From a bacterium (lineage in GTDB: Bacteria; Patescibacteriota; Dojkabacteria; B142; OLB20), in contig JAKQLP010000051.1 in assembly GCA_029567095.1 (NCBI GenBank), positions 1 to 49,470 of the forward strand: a DNA stretch of 49,470 nt, written 5' to 3'. The notes under the pieces are model-generated. The model saw only the letters and a list, made by a program, of their open reading frames with translations, had not been told where the DNA came from and ran no database searches. Shown here piece after piece: positions 8,816-17,658 of the stretch. How positions within the stretch are numbered: the first letter of the stretch is position 1; each line of letters begins with the position of its first letter. The translations under genes were made by a program, and so were the position numbers.

Positions 8816-9389
8816 TTTGTGCCCTTTTACTTAAAATTATTGTAGAAGAAAGTAATATATTTATTATTACTAAATAGAAATTAAATCCCACTTCACTAAA
8901 GATAAATTGATCAGCTACAATTATCCCGGCTAGTCCGCTGAACATACCCACGATAAATGGGGAGGCAGTTTCAGATTGGGGTGCTATCTTAGCTTTTAAA
9001 AGAGTAGGAAAAGCTGCTAGCCCATCACTTAGTATAGAGAAAAAGATCGCTACATTAATATCCTTAGTAATAGCCCAGAGAATTAAAGCTAATAAAGATA
9101 ATAATCCACAGATATAGTCAAAAGATTTTAGTTGCCAATATGATTTGGAATTTAAAAATGAGGCCATAAAAACTAAAAGAGGTCCAAAGCCGGAAATGAA
9201 TCCTGGCAGAAGACTCCAGCTCAATCCCTCGCTAGCTGAGGCTGAAAATGCTATCATGGGAGCTATTGCCCACATAAGCCAAGTGATGCGATTAGGCTTG
9301 GTCTGTCCTTTAATAGTATCTTTAATATATCCAGCAATTGCTATTAAGGAAGCTATGGCCCCAATTATTACTAAAGCCTCTTTTCCCAT
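8799..9389 (-). CDS. Hypothetical polytopic membrane protein (about 6 TM)
   Basis: The hydrophobic profile shows six predicted helices. The N-terminal motif YIKDTIKGQTKPNRITWLMW could not be assigned to a family. Abuts the upstream gene with no gap and overlaps the downstream gene by 17 nt. Confidence 0.5.
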   Translation of the reverse strand: MGKEALVIIGAIASLIAIAGYIKDTIKGQTKPNRITWLMWAIAPMIAFSASASEGLSWSLLPGFISGFGPLLVFMASFLNSKSYWQLKSFDYICGLLSLLALILWAITKDINVAIFFSILSDGLAAFPTLLKAKIAPQSETASPFIVGMFSGLAGIIVADQFIFSEVGFNFYLVIINILLSSTIILSKRAQNAGSK

Positions 9390-9710
9390 TTATTGCAATT
9401 TATTAACTAATTCCATGATCTCGCTGAAATGAGATTGAATTACGCTTGGATCTCTAAATGATTTTGAAAATTCTGCTAGTGCATTAACTGTTCCCAAAAT
9501 ATTCTCTTTTGTAGGATTAGCAAAGTCCCAATTGTTATCTTTGAAGATCTTTTCAATAATTGATCGGCAATAACTTCTTTCTGATGCAGGATTATCTTCC
9601 AGGCCTGTGTCTTTACAATGTGCTAACCAGAAGCATTCAATTATGGCGTCTCTAACTTGTAAAGGAGATACAGTTGAATCAAGATCAACACCGTAAATAA
9701 TTTTTCCCAT
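9390..9710 (-). CDS. Hypothetical small soluble protein (106 aa)
   Basis: ATG start and tight coupling to the next gene (0-nt gap). No recognisable motif. Confidence 0.45.
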   Translation of the reverse strand: MGKIIYGVDLDSTVSPLQVRDAIIECFWLAHCKDTGLEDNPASERSYCRSIIEKIFKDNNWDFANPTKENILGTVNALAEFSKSFRDPSVIQSHFSEIMELVNKLQ

Positions 9711-9732
9711 GGAGATATATATAATGTATTAA

Positions 9733-9822
9733 TGGCGGAAGGGGCGGGATTCGAACCCGCGATCCAGTTTCCCGGATAACGGTTTTCAAGACCGTCCTTA
9801 TCGACCACTCAAGCACCCTTCC
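9733..9822 (-). tRNA. tRNA-Ser (anticodon UGA), CCA encoded
   Basis: Folded by hand. Acceptor GGAAGGG/CCCTTCC, anticodon stem ACGGT/ACCGT with loop CU-UGA-AA, long variable arm, T arm GCGGG-TTCGAAT-CCCGC, discriminator G followed by CCA. Confidence 0.9.
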
Positions 9823-9982
9823 CTATTTCGGGCTTATTATATCAGAATTACTAATAATCATAAATGCAAATTAATAATTACTATAAGATTGTAGTTATTT
9901 AATGGTGCAAATTCGGCTAAGTTTCGGATACTTAATCTTTTTTGGTGTACACTTATTTCGACTTATTTTTTAAGCACAAAGT

Positions 9983-9991
9983 TGCTATAAT
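9983..9991 (+). promoter_or_regulatory. Extended -10 promoter element (TGCTATAAT) upstream of the PBP gene
   Basis: TGnTATAAT match 24 nt upstream of ATG 10015. AT-rich DNA gives many chance matches, so this is tentative. Confidence 0.35.
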
Positions 9992-10014
9992 TTCTTTATT
10001 GTTCATATGCCAAT

Positions 10015-12975
10015 ATGGCTTATTACACTTCAAAATTTAAGTTAAATAACAAAAGAAAAACTCCCTACACTAGGAAATGGACTTCTATGAGAAGTTCAGG
10101 TAAACGTAAATGGTTAAGGATAAATAAGGCTAAGTTTAAAAAGGCTTTCTATGTATTTCTGACGGTGCTTTTAATTGTTGGGATAGTCGGAGGTGTTTAT
10201 CTATTTGGCTGGTTACAAACTCTTACTGAACAATTACCAAGTCCAGACAAGCCTTTCGGTCAAAAAAGCGCTGCTAGTGAAATCTACGACAGGAATGGGA
10301 AATTGCTATACAGAATATATGGTGATGAAAATCGCGACCCTATTAAAATGGAGGAAGTCCCACAATTAATGAAATGGTCTCTACTGGCCGCTGAAGATAT
10401 CGATTTTTATAAGCATTCTGGTGTTGACCTTATTGCCGTTATTAGATGTGGTATAGCTAATTTGGCGAAAACATCTGCATGTGGAGGTTCTACCATAACT
10501 CAGCAATTAATAAAACAAACAGCTCTTACTAATGAAAGAAGTTGGGAGAGAAAGATCAAAGAAGTGATTTTGGCATTAGAGATTGAGAAACAACGAAGCA
10601 AAGATGAGATATTAGAGATGTATTTAAATGTAATCCCCGAAGGCAGCAATATTTATGGAGTAAAAAGAGCTGCTTATGAATATTTTGGAAAAGATATTAC
10701 AGAATTAAACCTGGCTCAATATGCTATTCTGGCCTCAATCCCTCAAGATCCCAATAACCTCTCCCCTACCCGGTCGGCAAATGCTGAGTCTAAACAGAAA
10801 GTTAAAGATAGGCAAATGTATGTTCTAAGTCAGATGGAGAAATATAAGGATCAAATTAATGCCGCAATTAAAGAAGAGACAGGTGCTACAGAAGATGTCC
10901 TTACAACTGAAATGATCGAGGAGGCCAGAAACTTTGAATTAGTATACACAACTGCAAAAAAGAAGGACGAATTGAAAGCTCCTCATTTTGTTTTTTATGT
11001 GCAGAAATTACTCATGGAGCGTGGTTACAATAATGGTGAACCATTCTCTAAAGAAGCCCTGTCTACGGGGGGATATAAAATAACTACAACTTTAAATCTT
11101 GATTATCAAGAAATTGCTGAGGAACAGGTTAAAGAAGGTGTTGATGCTTATGGTAGTAAATTTGGAGCTGAGAATGCTGCCTTAATTGCTATGAATCCTC
11201 GAAACGGTGAAATCTTAGCGATGGTTGGCTCAAAAGATTATTTCGGGACATCTTCTCCAGAAGGTTGCAGTGGTGCATCCTGTAAATTCGCTCCAGAGGT
11301 AAATATCTTAGATACACTTCAATCCTATGGGTCTAGTATGAAGCCAATGTTCTATTACTATGCATTAGAAAAAGGGCTGATTTCAGCAGGATCAATGATC
11401 CCAGATGTTCCTATTCAGATTGGAAATTATAAGCCAAAGAACTACAGTAACAACTTTACAGGTATTAGGACTGCCAGAAAACAATTAACTGATTCGCAGA
11501 ACATTCCTCCAATCTATATGGTCGATCAATTAGGAGTTGCTAATTTTGTGCAGGAGATGCAAAGTTGGGGTTACACAACCTTAAATGACCCTCGAGGCTA
11601 TGGACCCTCAATTGTTGTAGGGGGAGCCGATGTGAAGTTGATCGAACATGCTCAAGCATATGGAGTATTAGCCAATGAAGGCAAGCTAGTTAAACATGAA
11701 GCCGTATTAAAGATAGTAGATAGAGATGGCAATGAAGTTTTTAATTATCAGCCACAAGAAGAACAGGTTGCAGATCCAAGAGGTACTTTCATAATTAATG
11801 ACATTTTGAATGCCAATAGAGGCGGTCCTGGGGTAAATAAAAGCAATGGAGGTAAGGATTATAGTGGTTGGGACTATAGAGATATCGCAGGTAAGACTGG
11901 AACATCTGAAGATTACAAAGAAACATTGTTTGCAACCTATACCCCAGAAATTGTTGTCTTGGGTTGGTTAGGCAATAATAATAATGAACCAATGTCTTAT
12001 GGAGCCTCAGGTTTCGGATCGGCTCGACCTTGGATCTCTAAGTTTGTACTTAGGATCGGCAATACTTTCCCCCCTACCCCCTTCTCAAGGCCAGCCGGAG
12101 TAGTATCTAAATCTAATTGTGAAGGTGCTGAAGGTACATGCGAAGGTGTAGGAAATGATTTGGGGATAGTTGATATTTCAGTCCCATCTTATATTAATGT
12201 AAAACCATACACAGTCTGTACTGATCAGCCAGATCATTTAGCTAGGCAAATTGACATTGATATGGGGTTAGCAACAACTGTGAATATTAAGCAGTACATT
12301 ATGCCAAACACTAAACTGCAATCATATCTTGATACTTATGTCCAAAGTAAGCCTGAGCTTAATGGTATAGTGCCTACTGAGTACTGCACAATCAATAGAA
12401 ATCCCAGTGGTACAGACTCTCCCTGGGCAGCAGTATCAGCGCCAACTTCAGGTCAATTGGTGACTGGGGGCAACGTGAATCTTCAATTCAATGCTTACAC
12501 TCCAAATGCTGGTGCTGGTGTTACTTCAGTAAAAGTTTATCTGGATAATTCGTCAACGCCTTTACTCACAGCAACAACCCTCCCCTATTCTGGTTCTGTG
12601 AGTATTGGAACCATTGGTGGAGGTATGCATAATCTTAAATTTGTGGTTAAAGACACGCTTGGCAACGAGGGCACAACAACGGTTCCTATCGAGGTGTTAG
12701 GGTCTATCTCAATTTCAGGAACGAGCAATCTGAATAATATCTCTCCTTCTCAAGAGGTTACAATTAGTTATAGCTATTCGGTTTCCGGCCTAGCTTTAGA
12801 AGGCGTTTCCCTATTCCTAGATGGAACCAAAGTAGGCACCTGTGTTTCAGGTAATAGTGGTACATGTATATTTACCGCTCCTGAAGCACCTGGTAATTAT
12901 ACTCTCTATGTTACAGGAAGCAGGCAGGGACAAAATATTAAGAGTAATGAGGAAGCAATGCGAGTTAGACCTTAA
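10015..12975 (+). CDS. Class A penicillin-binding protein (glycosyltransferase GT51 + transpeptidase) with a C-terminal extension of two Ig-like domains
   Basis: Basic cytoplasmic tail plus one TM. GT51 motifs EDIDFYKHSGVD, GGSTITQQL and RKIKE. The transpeptidase region has SSMKP (SxxK) and KTGTS. The last ~250 aa are beta-rich Thr/Ser/Gly repeats resembling bacterial Ig-like folds. Confidence 0.85.
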   Translation: MAYYTSKFKLNNKRKTPYTRKWTSMRSSGKRKWLRINKAKFKKAFYVFLTVLLIVGIVGGVYLFGWLQTLTEQLPSPDKPFGQKSAASEIYDRNGKLLYRIYGDENRDPIKMEEVPQLMKWSLLAAEDIDFYKHSGVDLIAVIRCGIANLAKTSACGGSTITQQLIKQTALTNERSWERKIKEVILALEIEKQRSKDEILEMYLNVIPEGSNIYGVKRAAYEYFGKDITELNLAQYAILASIPQDPNNLSPTRSANAESKQKVKDRQMYVLSQMEKYKDQINAAIKEETGATEDVLTTEMIEEARNFELVYTTAKKKDELKAPHFVFYVQKLLMERGYNNGEPFSKEALSTGGYKITTTLNLDYQEIAEEQVKEGVDAYGSKFGAENAALIAMNPRNGEILAMVGSKDYFGTSSPEGCSGASCKFAPEVNILDTLQSYGSSMKPMFYYYALEKGLISAGSMIPDVPIQIGNYKPKNYSNNFTGIRTARKQLTDSQNIPPIYMVDQLGVANFVQEMQSWGYTTLNDPRGYGPSIVVGGADVKLIEHAQAYGVLANEGKLVKHEAVLKIVDRDGNEVFNYQPQEEQVADPRGTFIINDILNANRGGPGVNKSNGGKDYSGWDYRDIAGKTGTSEDYKETLFATYTPEIVVLGWLGNNNNEPMSYGASGFGSARPWISKFVLRIGNTFPPTPFSRPAGVVSKSNCEGAEGTCEGVGNDLGIVDISVPSYINVKPYTVCTDQPDHLARQIDIDMGLATTVNIKQYIMPNTKLQSYLDTYVQSKPELNGIVPTEYCTINRNPSGTDSPWAAVSAPTSGQLVTGGNVNLQFNAYTPNAGAGVTSVKVYLDNSSTPLLTATTLPYSGSVSIGTIGGGMHNLKFVVKDTLGNEGTTTVPIEVLGSISISGTSNLNNISPSQEVTISYSYSVSGLALEGVSLFLDGTKVGTCVSGNSGTCIFTAPEAPGNYTLYVTGSRQGQNIKSNEEAMRVRP

Positions 12976-15410
12976 TTGTTTCTGACTTTTGCTTTGATTT
13001 TTTCTTCCAGAACCTTAACGATCTTATCCATTTGATCATTAATTTCTGTATCAGTCAATGTTCTTTCCAGGCTTTGAAATTTCAACGATATTGTAATACT
13101 CTTATTCCCTTCCTCTTTGTACATATCTTTAAACTCGATCCCAATTAAATATTCAAGATTAAGGGAATTTATCGAGTTCTCGATATCTGAATAAATAGCA
13201 TTATCGGGGATAAAAAAGCTCAGATCTCTTTTAACTTTTTGATAGATTGATATTGGGCTGTACTCTTTACTAAATGTAGCAAGTTTGGAAATTGCGCTTA
13301 AATCTAATTCCCAGTAAGCAATATTGCCTTTGATATTTAAATCCATTTTAATTTTGGGATGAAGTTCAGAAATGACACCAATAATCTCCTCATTTAAATA
13401 GATCCCAGCACTTCTACCAGGATGGAAAATGTTTTTAAGATTTTCAAATCTTCCTCTAATCGTTTTACTAAATTTAAGATTAATATTTAAACCTTCTGCC
13501 AAAGACATCAAGCTTGTTTTAATTTGATAAAAAAGTAATTTGTGCTCTTTAGAAAAAGATAAAGCGGCAATATTCTCGGGCTGAATATTCAATTTGGTTT
13601 CAGGATCTATATCCTTAAAAATTACCCTGCCCTTTTCATAAATTGAAAACTCGTCATAGTTGCTCGCATTTAACAGTGCTTTATCGATCAAATTTGGAAT
13701 CAAACTAGTTCTTAACAACTCCAATTCAGGTGAAAGTGGATTGATAAGTTTTACATTATCTTTTGAATTTAAACTCAGTCGCTCCAATAATTGTTTTCCG
13801 ATGAAAGTATATGAGTAAATTTCATCAAATCCTTCAGAAGCCATGATTTCTCCAATTAATCTGTTGATTTGAAGTCCTTTATTTGGAATAACTGCTTGTA
13901 AGTCTCTTTCGGGCAATGTTGGAGTTAATTTATCGTATCCATACAGTCGGGCAATCTCTTCAAGTAAATCTTGTTCGATATTTAAATCTCCTCTAAATTT
14001 TGGAATTTTAACACTTATTGGAAGATTACTTTCCGGAGTGCTACTTATATTAGGTACTCTTTCAGGATCAAGGATCTCACAATTTATTCTTTCCAGATAA
14101 TCAATAATTTCTCTAACGGGAAGATCGATTCCTAAAATCCTTTTTACTAGGGTCAAATCCAATTCAATTACTTTTTGCTCCCGAGGATTAGGATAGTAAT
14201 CGATTAGCTCATGAGCAATTTCTCCTTCAGCAAGATCCAAAATTAAATTGAGAGCCTGTTTGATTGAGTTTTCCGTTTTCTCAGGATTTTGACCTTTCTC
14301 AAATCTAGTGCTGGCTTCGCTTCTAATCCCTAATTTCCTCGATGTTCGACGAACTGAATACATATTAAAGTTTGCAGCTTCGATTAAAATGTTTTTAGTC
14401 TCGAAGCTTATTTCTGAACTTAGCCCTCCCATAATGCCAGCAATATCATCAACTTGATTGCCATTACTGATCACCATCATATCGTCTTCCAATCTATATT
14501 CTTTTCCATCTATAGCTTTCATCTTCTCCCCGTTTTTGGCATATCTTACTATTAATTTTTTTGAGGTGATCTTATCATAATCGTATGTATGCAAAGGCTG
14601 GCCTTTATCAAACATAATATAATTCGCGGCATCTACAATATTGTTGACACTTCTTAATCCAGTAGCGGTTAATAAACAAATTAACCATAAAGGAGATTTA
14701 ATAACTTTAATATCTGATAAGATGGCTAGACTAAATCGTTCACAATCTTTATTGTCAACTTTAACGCTAAGATCGAATGGTAACTCAGAGGTAGGAACAA
14801 TTGGTTGATTAATCTCATCTTGTTTAAAAGGAATATTTAATATTGCCGATATCTCTCTGGCAATCCCTTCGTGAGAAAAACAATCAGGCCTGTGAGATAA
14901 TGATTTGTTTTCTATCTCGTAAACAAAGTCTTTTAAAATCTCATCTAAATTAGTGCCTGGAACTAATTGGTCTTCTAATTCCATAATACCTTCGTGATCA
15001 TTGCTTATTCCTAATTCTTTGGCAGAACATATCATTCCATTTGATGTAATCCCAAACATGGTTTTTTGGGTGATCTCAATAGTCTTTCCTTCATTATGTG
15101 CATCGTAAATTCTACCGCCAGGCATGCAAACAGCAACCTTCAGCCCCTTTTTTACATTAGGAGCTCCACAGATAATGTCGTTTATAGTATTGTCACTAAC
15201 TCGAACCTTACAGTATGTTAATTTCTTGCTTTCTTCAATTTTATTGACCTCTAGAACTTCACCAACAATAATCTTGTCAATTTCTCTTCTAATGGCAATG
15301 ATCTGCTCGACCTCTGCTAACTTTGTGGTGAGGCTCTCAGCAATTTGAGCTTTGGTTAACTCATCTAGAGTGGGAAGATATTTTTTTAACCATTTATGAG
15401 AAATCAGCAT
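12972..15410 (-). CDS. pheT: Phenylalanine--tRNA ligase beta subunit
   Basis: MLISHKWLKKYL start, tRNA-binding (EMAP-like) N-domain, B3/4 and B5 regions, and a position immediately downstream of pheS. Confidence 0.9.
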   Translation of the reverse strand: MLISHKWLKKYLPTLDELTKAQIAESLTTKLAEVEQIIAIRREIDKIIVGEVLEVNKIEESKKLTYCKVRVSDNTINDIICGAPNVKKGLKVAVCMPGGRIYDAHNEGKTIEITQKTMFGITSNGMICSAKELGISNDHEGIMELEDQLVPGTNLDEILKDFVYEIENKSLSHRPDCFSHEGIAREISAILNIPFKQDEINQPIVPTSELPFDLSVKVDNKDCERFSLAILSDIKVIKSPLWLICLLTATGLRSVNNIVDAANYIMFDKGQPLHTYDYDKITSKKLIVRYAKNGEKMKAIDGKEYRLEDDMMVISNGNQVDDIAGIMGGLSSEISFETKNILIEAANFNMYSVRRTSRKLGIRSEASTRFEKGQNPEKTENSIKQALNLILDLAEGEIAHELIDYYPNPREQKVIELDLTLVKRILGIDLPVREIIDYLERINCEILDPERVPNISSTPESNLPISVKIPKFRGDLNIEQDLLEEIARLYGYDKLTPTLPERDLQAVIPNKGLQINRLIGEIMASEGFDEIYSYTFIGKQLLERLSLNSKDNVKLINPLSPELELLRTSLIPNLIDKALLNASNYDEFSIYEKGRVIFKDIDPETKLNIQPENIAALSFSKEHKLLFYQIKTSLMSLAEGLNINLKFSKTIRGRFENLKNIFHPGRSAGIYLNEEIIGVISELHPKIKMDLNIKGNIAYWELDLSAISKLATFSKEYSPISIYQKVKRDLSFFIPDNAIYSDIENSINSLNLEYLIGIEFKDMYKEEGNKSITISLKFQSLERTLTDTEINDQMDKIVKVLEEKIKAKVRNN

Positions 15411-15412
15411 CT

Positions 15413-16456
15413 TTAAAATTGTTTAATAAAATCAAGATCACCACTATTGAAAAGACGAATATCATTAATATTGTTTTTTAGCATGATTAGTCTTTCTAAT
15501 CCAAATCCCCAGGCAAATCCGGAATAGGTTTTAGGATCTATTCCGGCCATTTCCAATACCTTGGGATGGATCATGCCACAGCCTAAGAGTTCTAGCCAAC
15601 CTGTTTGTTTACATACTTTACAGCCTTCACCGTTACATAAAATGCAACTAAGAGACATCATGCCCCCAGGTTCTACAAATGGGAAGAAATCAGGAGTAAA
15701 TTTTACTGCCAAATCTTTTTTGTAATATTTACTGAAGAATTCTTTAAGAGTGCCTAACATATCTGGCAATGTGATCCCTTTATCAACATAAACCCCCTCT
15801 ACTTGGGTGAAAGTATGTTCATGTCTAGCGTCGGTAGCTTCATTCCTGAAGCATCTGCCTATGACTATAGCCCTTACAGGTGGCTTTTGTTGAGAAAGAA
15901 TCCTGTTTTGCATTGAAGAGGTGTGTGTTATGGCAATTTTACCCTGTTCAGTCCAGAAAGTATCCCAAGAATCTCTTGCAGGATGCCCGGGAGGAATATT
16001 TAAGGATTCAAAATTATGATAATCATCGTCTATTGCATATGGATAGTGAACTTCAAACCCCATTCGCATGAAAATATCTTCAACCTCTTCAATTGTAGTT
16101 GTAATGAGGTGTTTATGGCCTTTCTTGATACCAGACGGGGGGATTGAAATATCTATCTCTTCTTGTAGTTCAATAGCTTTGAGTTCCTTTTCCTTGATTT
16201 GTTTGATTTTCTCCTGAATTTTATTCTCAATTTGGGATTTAGCCAAATTGGATCTTTGTCCTAATTTAGCCTTCTGAGATGGTTCGGCATCTTTAATGCC
16301 TTTTAATATATCAATTAATTGAGATTTTCTCCCTAAATATTCTACGCGTAATGCTTCTAATATCTGTAGATTATCAGCTGCGTTAATCTTAGTACCTGCT
16401 TCATCTAACAGGGTATTGATCTTAGACAATAAATCCTCGACCTTTGAGTTTTCCAT
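15413..16456 (-). CDS. pheS: Phenylalanine--tRNA ligase alpha subunit
   Basis: Class II motif 2 (GRCFRNEATDARHEHTFTQVEG) and motif 3 (GFAWGFGLERLIML). It also has the CxxC-x3-CxxC knuckle insertion (CILCNGEGCKVCKQTGW) that I recall in Bacillus-type PheS. Confidence 0.9.
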   Translation of the reverse strand: MENSKVEDLLSKINTLLDEAGTKINAADNLQILEALRVEYLGRKSQLIDILKGIKDAEPSQKAKLGQRSNLAKSQIENKIQEKIKQIKEKELKAIELQEEIDISIPPSGIKKGHKHLITTTIEEVEDIFMRMGFEVHYPYAIDDDYHNFESLNIPPGHPARDSWDTFWTEQGKIAITHTSSMQNRILSQQKPPVRAIVIGRCFRNEATDARHEHTFTQVEGVYVDKGITLPDMLGTLKEFFSKYYKKDLAVKFTPDFFPFVEPGGMMSLSCILCNGEGCKVCKQTGWLELLGCGMIHPKVLEMAGIDPKTYSGFAWGFGLERLIMLKNNINDIRLFNSGDLDFIKQF

Positions 16457-16469
16457 ATTGACGGCAAAA

Positions 16470-16811
16470 TTATTTTACTTTAGCCACAACTGCAGAAAAT
16501 ACTTCTTTATGGTCTAAAGCTAGACCAGATAACATTTTTCTATTTAATTCAATATTCTTTGTCTTTAAGGCGTTAATGAACTCTGAGTATTTCATCCCTT
16601 CGCCTGATAAGGCAGCATTTATTCTCTCAATCCATAGTTCTCTGTACTGACCATATCTATGTCTGCGATGGGTCAAGGAATATTGGCCTGCGTGCATCAT
16701 TGCTTCATGCGCCCTCTTGTAAAGTTTGCTATTACTTAAGCGATAACCTTTGGTTTGGGCTAAGACCGCCTTATGTTTTCTATGTCTGGTTTGTCCTCTT
16801 TTAATTCTCAT
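16470..16811 (-). CDS. rplT: 50S ribosomal protein L20
   Basis: MRIKRGQTRHRKHK... start and the conserved infC-rpmI-rplT order. Confidence 0.9.
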   Translation of the reverse strand: MRIKRGQTRHRKHKAVLAQTKGYRLSNSKLYKRAHEAMMHAGQYSLTHRRHRYGQYRELWIERINAALSGEGMKYSEFINALKTKNIELNRKMLSGLALDHKEVFSAVVAKVK

Positions 16812-16813
16812 AA

Positions 16814-17011
16814 TTATTTATTCATTAATTTAACGATTTTTTTAATATCACCTTTATTAGTCAACACATGACTGCCCTTTTTACGGGCTTTTTGACCTCT
16901 ATCTTTATTGGCCTTAAGATGAGAATTATCACCTTGAGAATAGTGCCTTATTTGACCTGAGGCGGTTTTTTTAAATCTTTTAGCTGTTGCTTTGTGTGTT
17001 TTTGCTTTCAT
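16814..17011 (-). CDS. rpmI: 50S ribosomal protein L35
   Basis: MKAKTHKATAKRFKKTASGQI... is a typical L35 N-terminus. Confidence 0.9.
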   Translation of the reverse strand: MKAKTHKATAKRFKKTASGQIRHYSQGDNSHLKANKDRGQKARKKGSHVLTNKGDIKKIVKLMNK

Positions 17012-17585
17012 TTTCAGTTAATTTAATATTCTTAATTGGTCTAACTATCCAAAATATATTTCTACCTTCTTGTTTTGCCGATTCATTAGATTCTTGAATT
17101 GAATCTACAAGTGCTAACTTAATCCTTTCCAATAGAGCCCAAAGTTGAACAGCTTGGACCCTACCCTTTCCTCTAATTGTAATTTTAACAGGATGTTTCT
17201 TACTTAGAAACTCTTTTATTCTTTCAATCTTATGCTGAAAGTCGCCATCCCCAATAAATGCTTTAAACCACATTTCCTTCATTTCTATTGTTTTTCCTTT
17301 ATTTTCCTTTTTCTTTTTCTCCTGCTGATACTTGAATTTGGACCAGGAAAGGATTTTTGCAACCGGAGGTTCGGCAGTAGGCGCTACCTCGATCAAATCC
17401 AATTCTTGTTCTTTTGCAATCCTTAACGCCTCAAACTTATTCAAAACCCCTAATTGAGTCCCATCCGAATCAATGACCATTAAAGTATTTGCAGTAATAG
17501 ACTCGTTGATTTTGTATCTCGAATCCTGTCTTTGAGGTTGGTATTTATTAAATTGTCTATACGGTCTTCTAAAAGGTACTATAAT
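16980..17585 (-). CDS. infC: Translation initiation factor IF-3, probable non-AUG (AUU/AUA) start
   Basis: The frame is open upstream of the track ATG (17480) up to 17600 and encodes ..RYKINESITANTLMVIDSDGTQLGV, the conserved IF3 N-domain start that must precede the track Met. There is no in-frame ATG upstream. ATT at 17585 and ATA at 17582 are candidates. The 3' end overlaps rpmI by 32 nt. Confidence 0.8.
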   Translation of the reverse strand: MIVPFRRPYRQFNKYQPQRQDSRYKINESITANTLMVIDSDGTQLGVLNKFEALRIAKEQELDLIEVAPTAEPPVAKILSWSKFKYQQEKKKKENKGKTIEMKEMWFKAFIGDGDFQHKIERIKEFLSKKHPVKITIRGKGRVQAVQLWALLERIKLALVDSIQESNESAKQEGRNIFWIVRPIKNIKLTENESKNTQSNS

Positions 17586-17658
17586 TAAATAAATAAATTG
17601 TCAAAATAGTCTATTAATATTATCAGAGAATCGTGCAATTTACAATTGCAGAGTGGGC

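Noticed and set aside
6353-9822. A genomic island integrated at tRNA-Ser
   Set aside because: No integrase or recombinase gene is present, and I found no direct repeat of the tRNA 3' end at the distal border. The region may be variable, but integration cannot be supported from the sequence.
15600-15680. Cys-rich insertion in PheS (CILCNGEGCKVCKQTGW) as a novel zinc knuckle
   Set aside because: As I recall, the same CxxC-x3-CxxC insertion occurs at this position in Bacillus-type PheS sequences, so it is a known lineage variant and not new.
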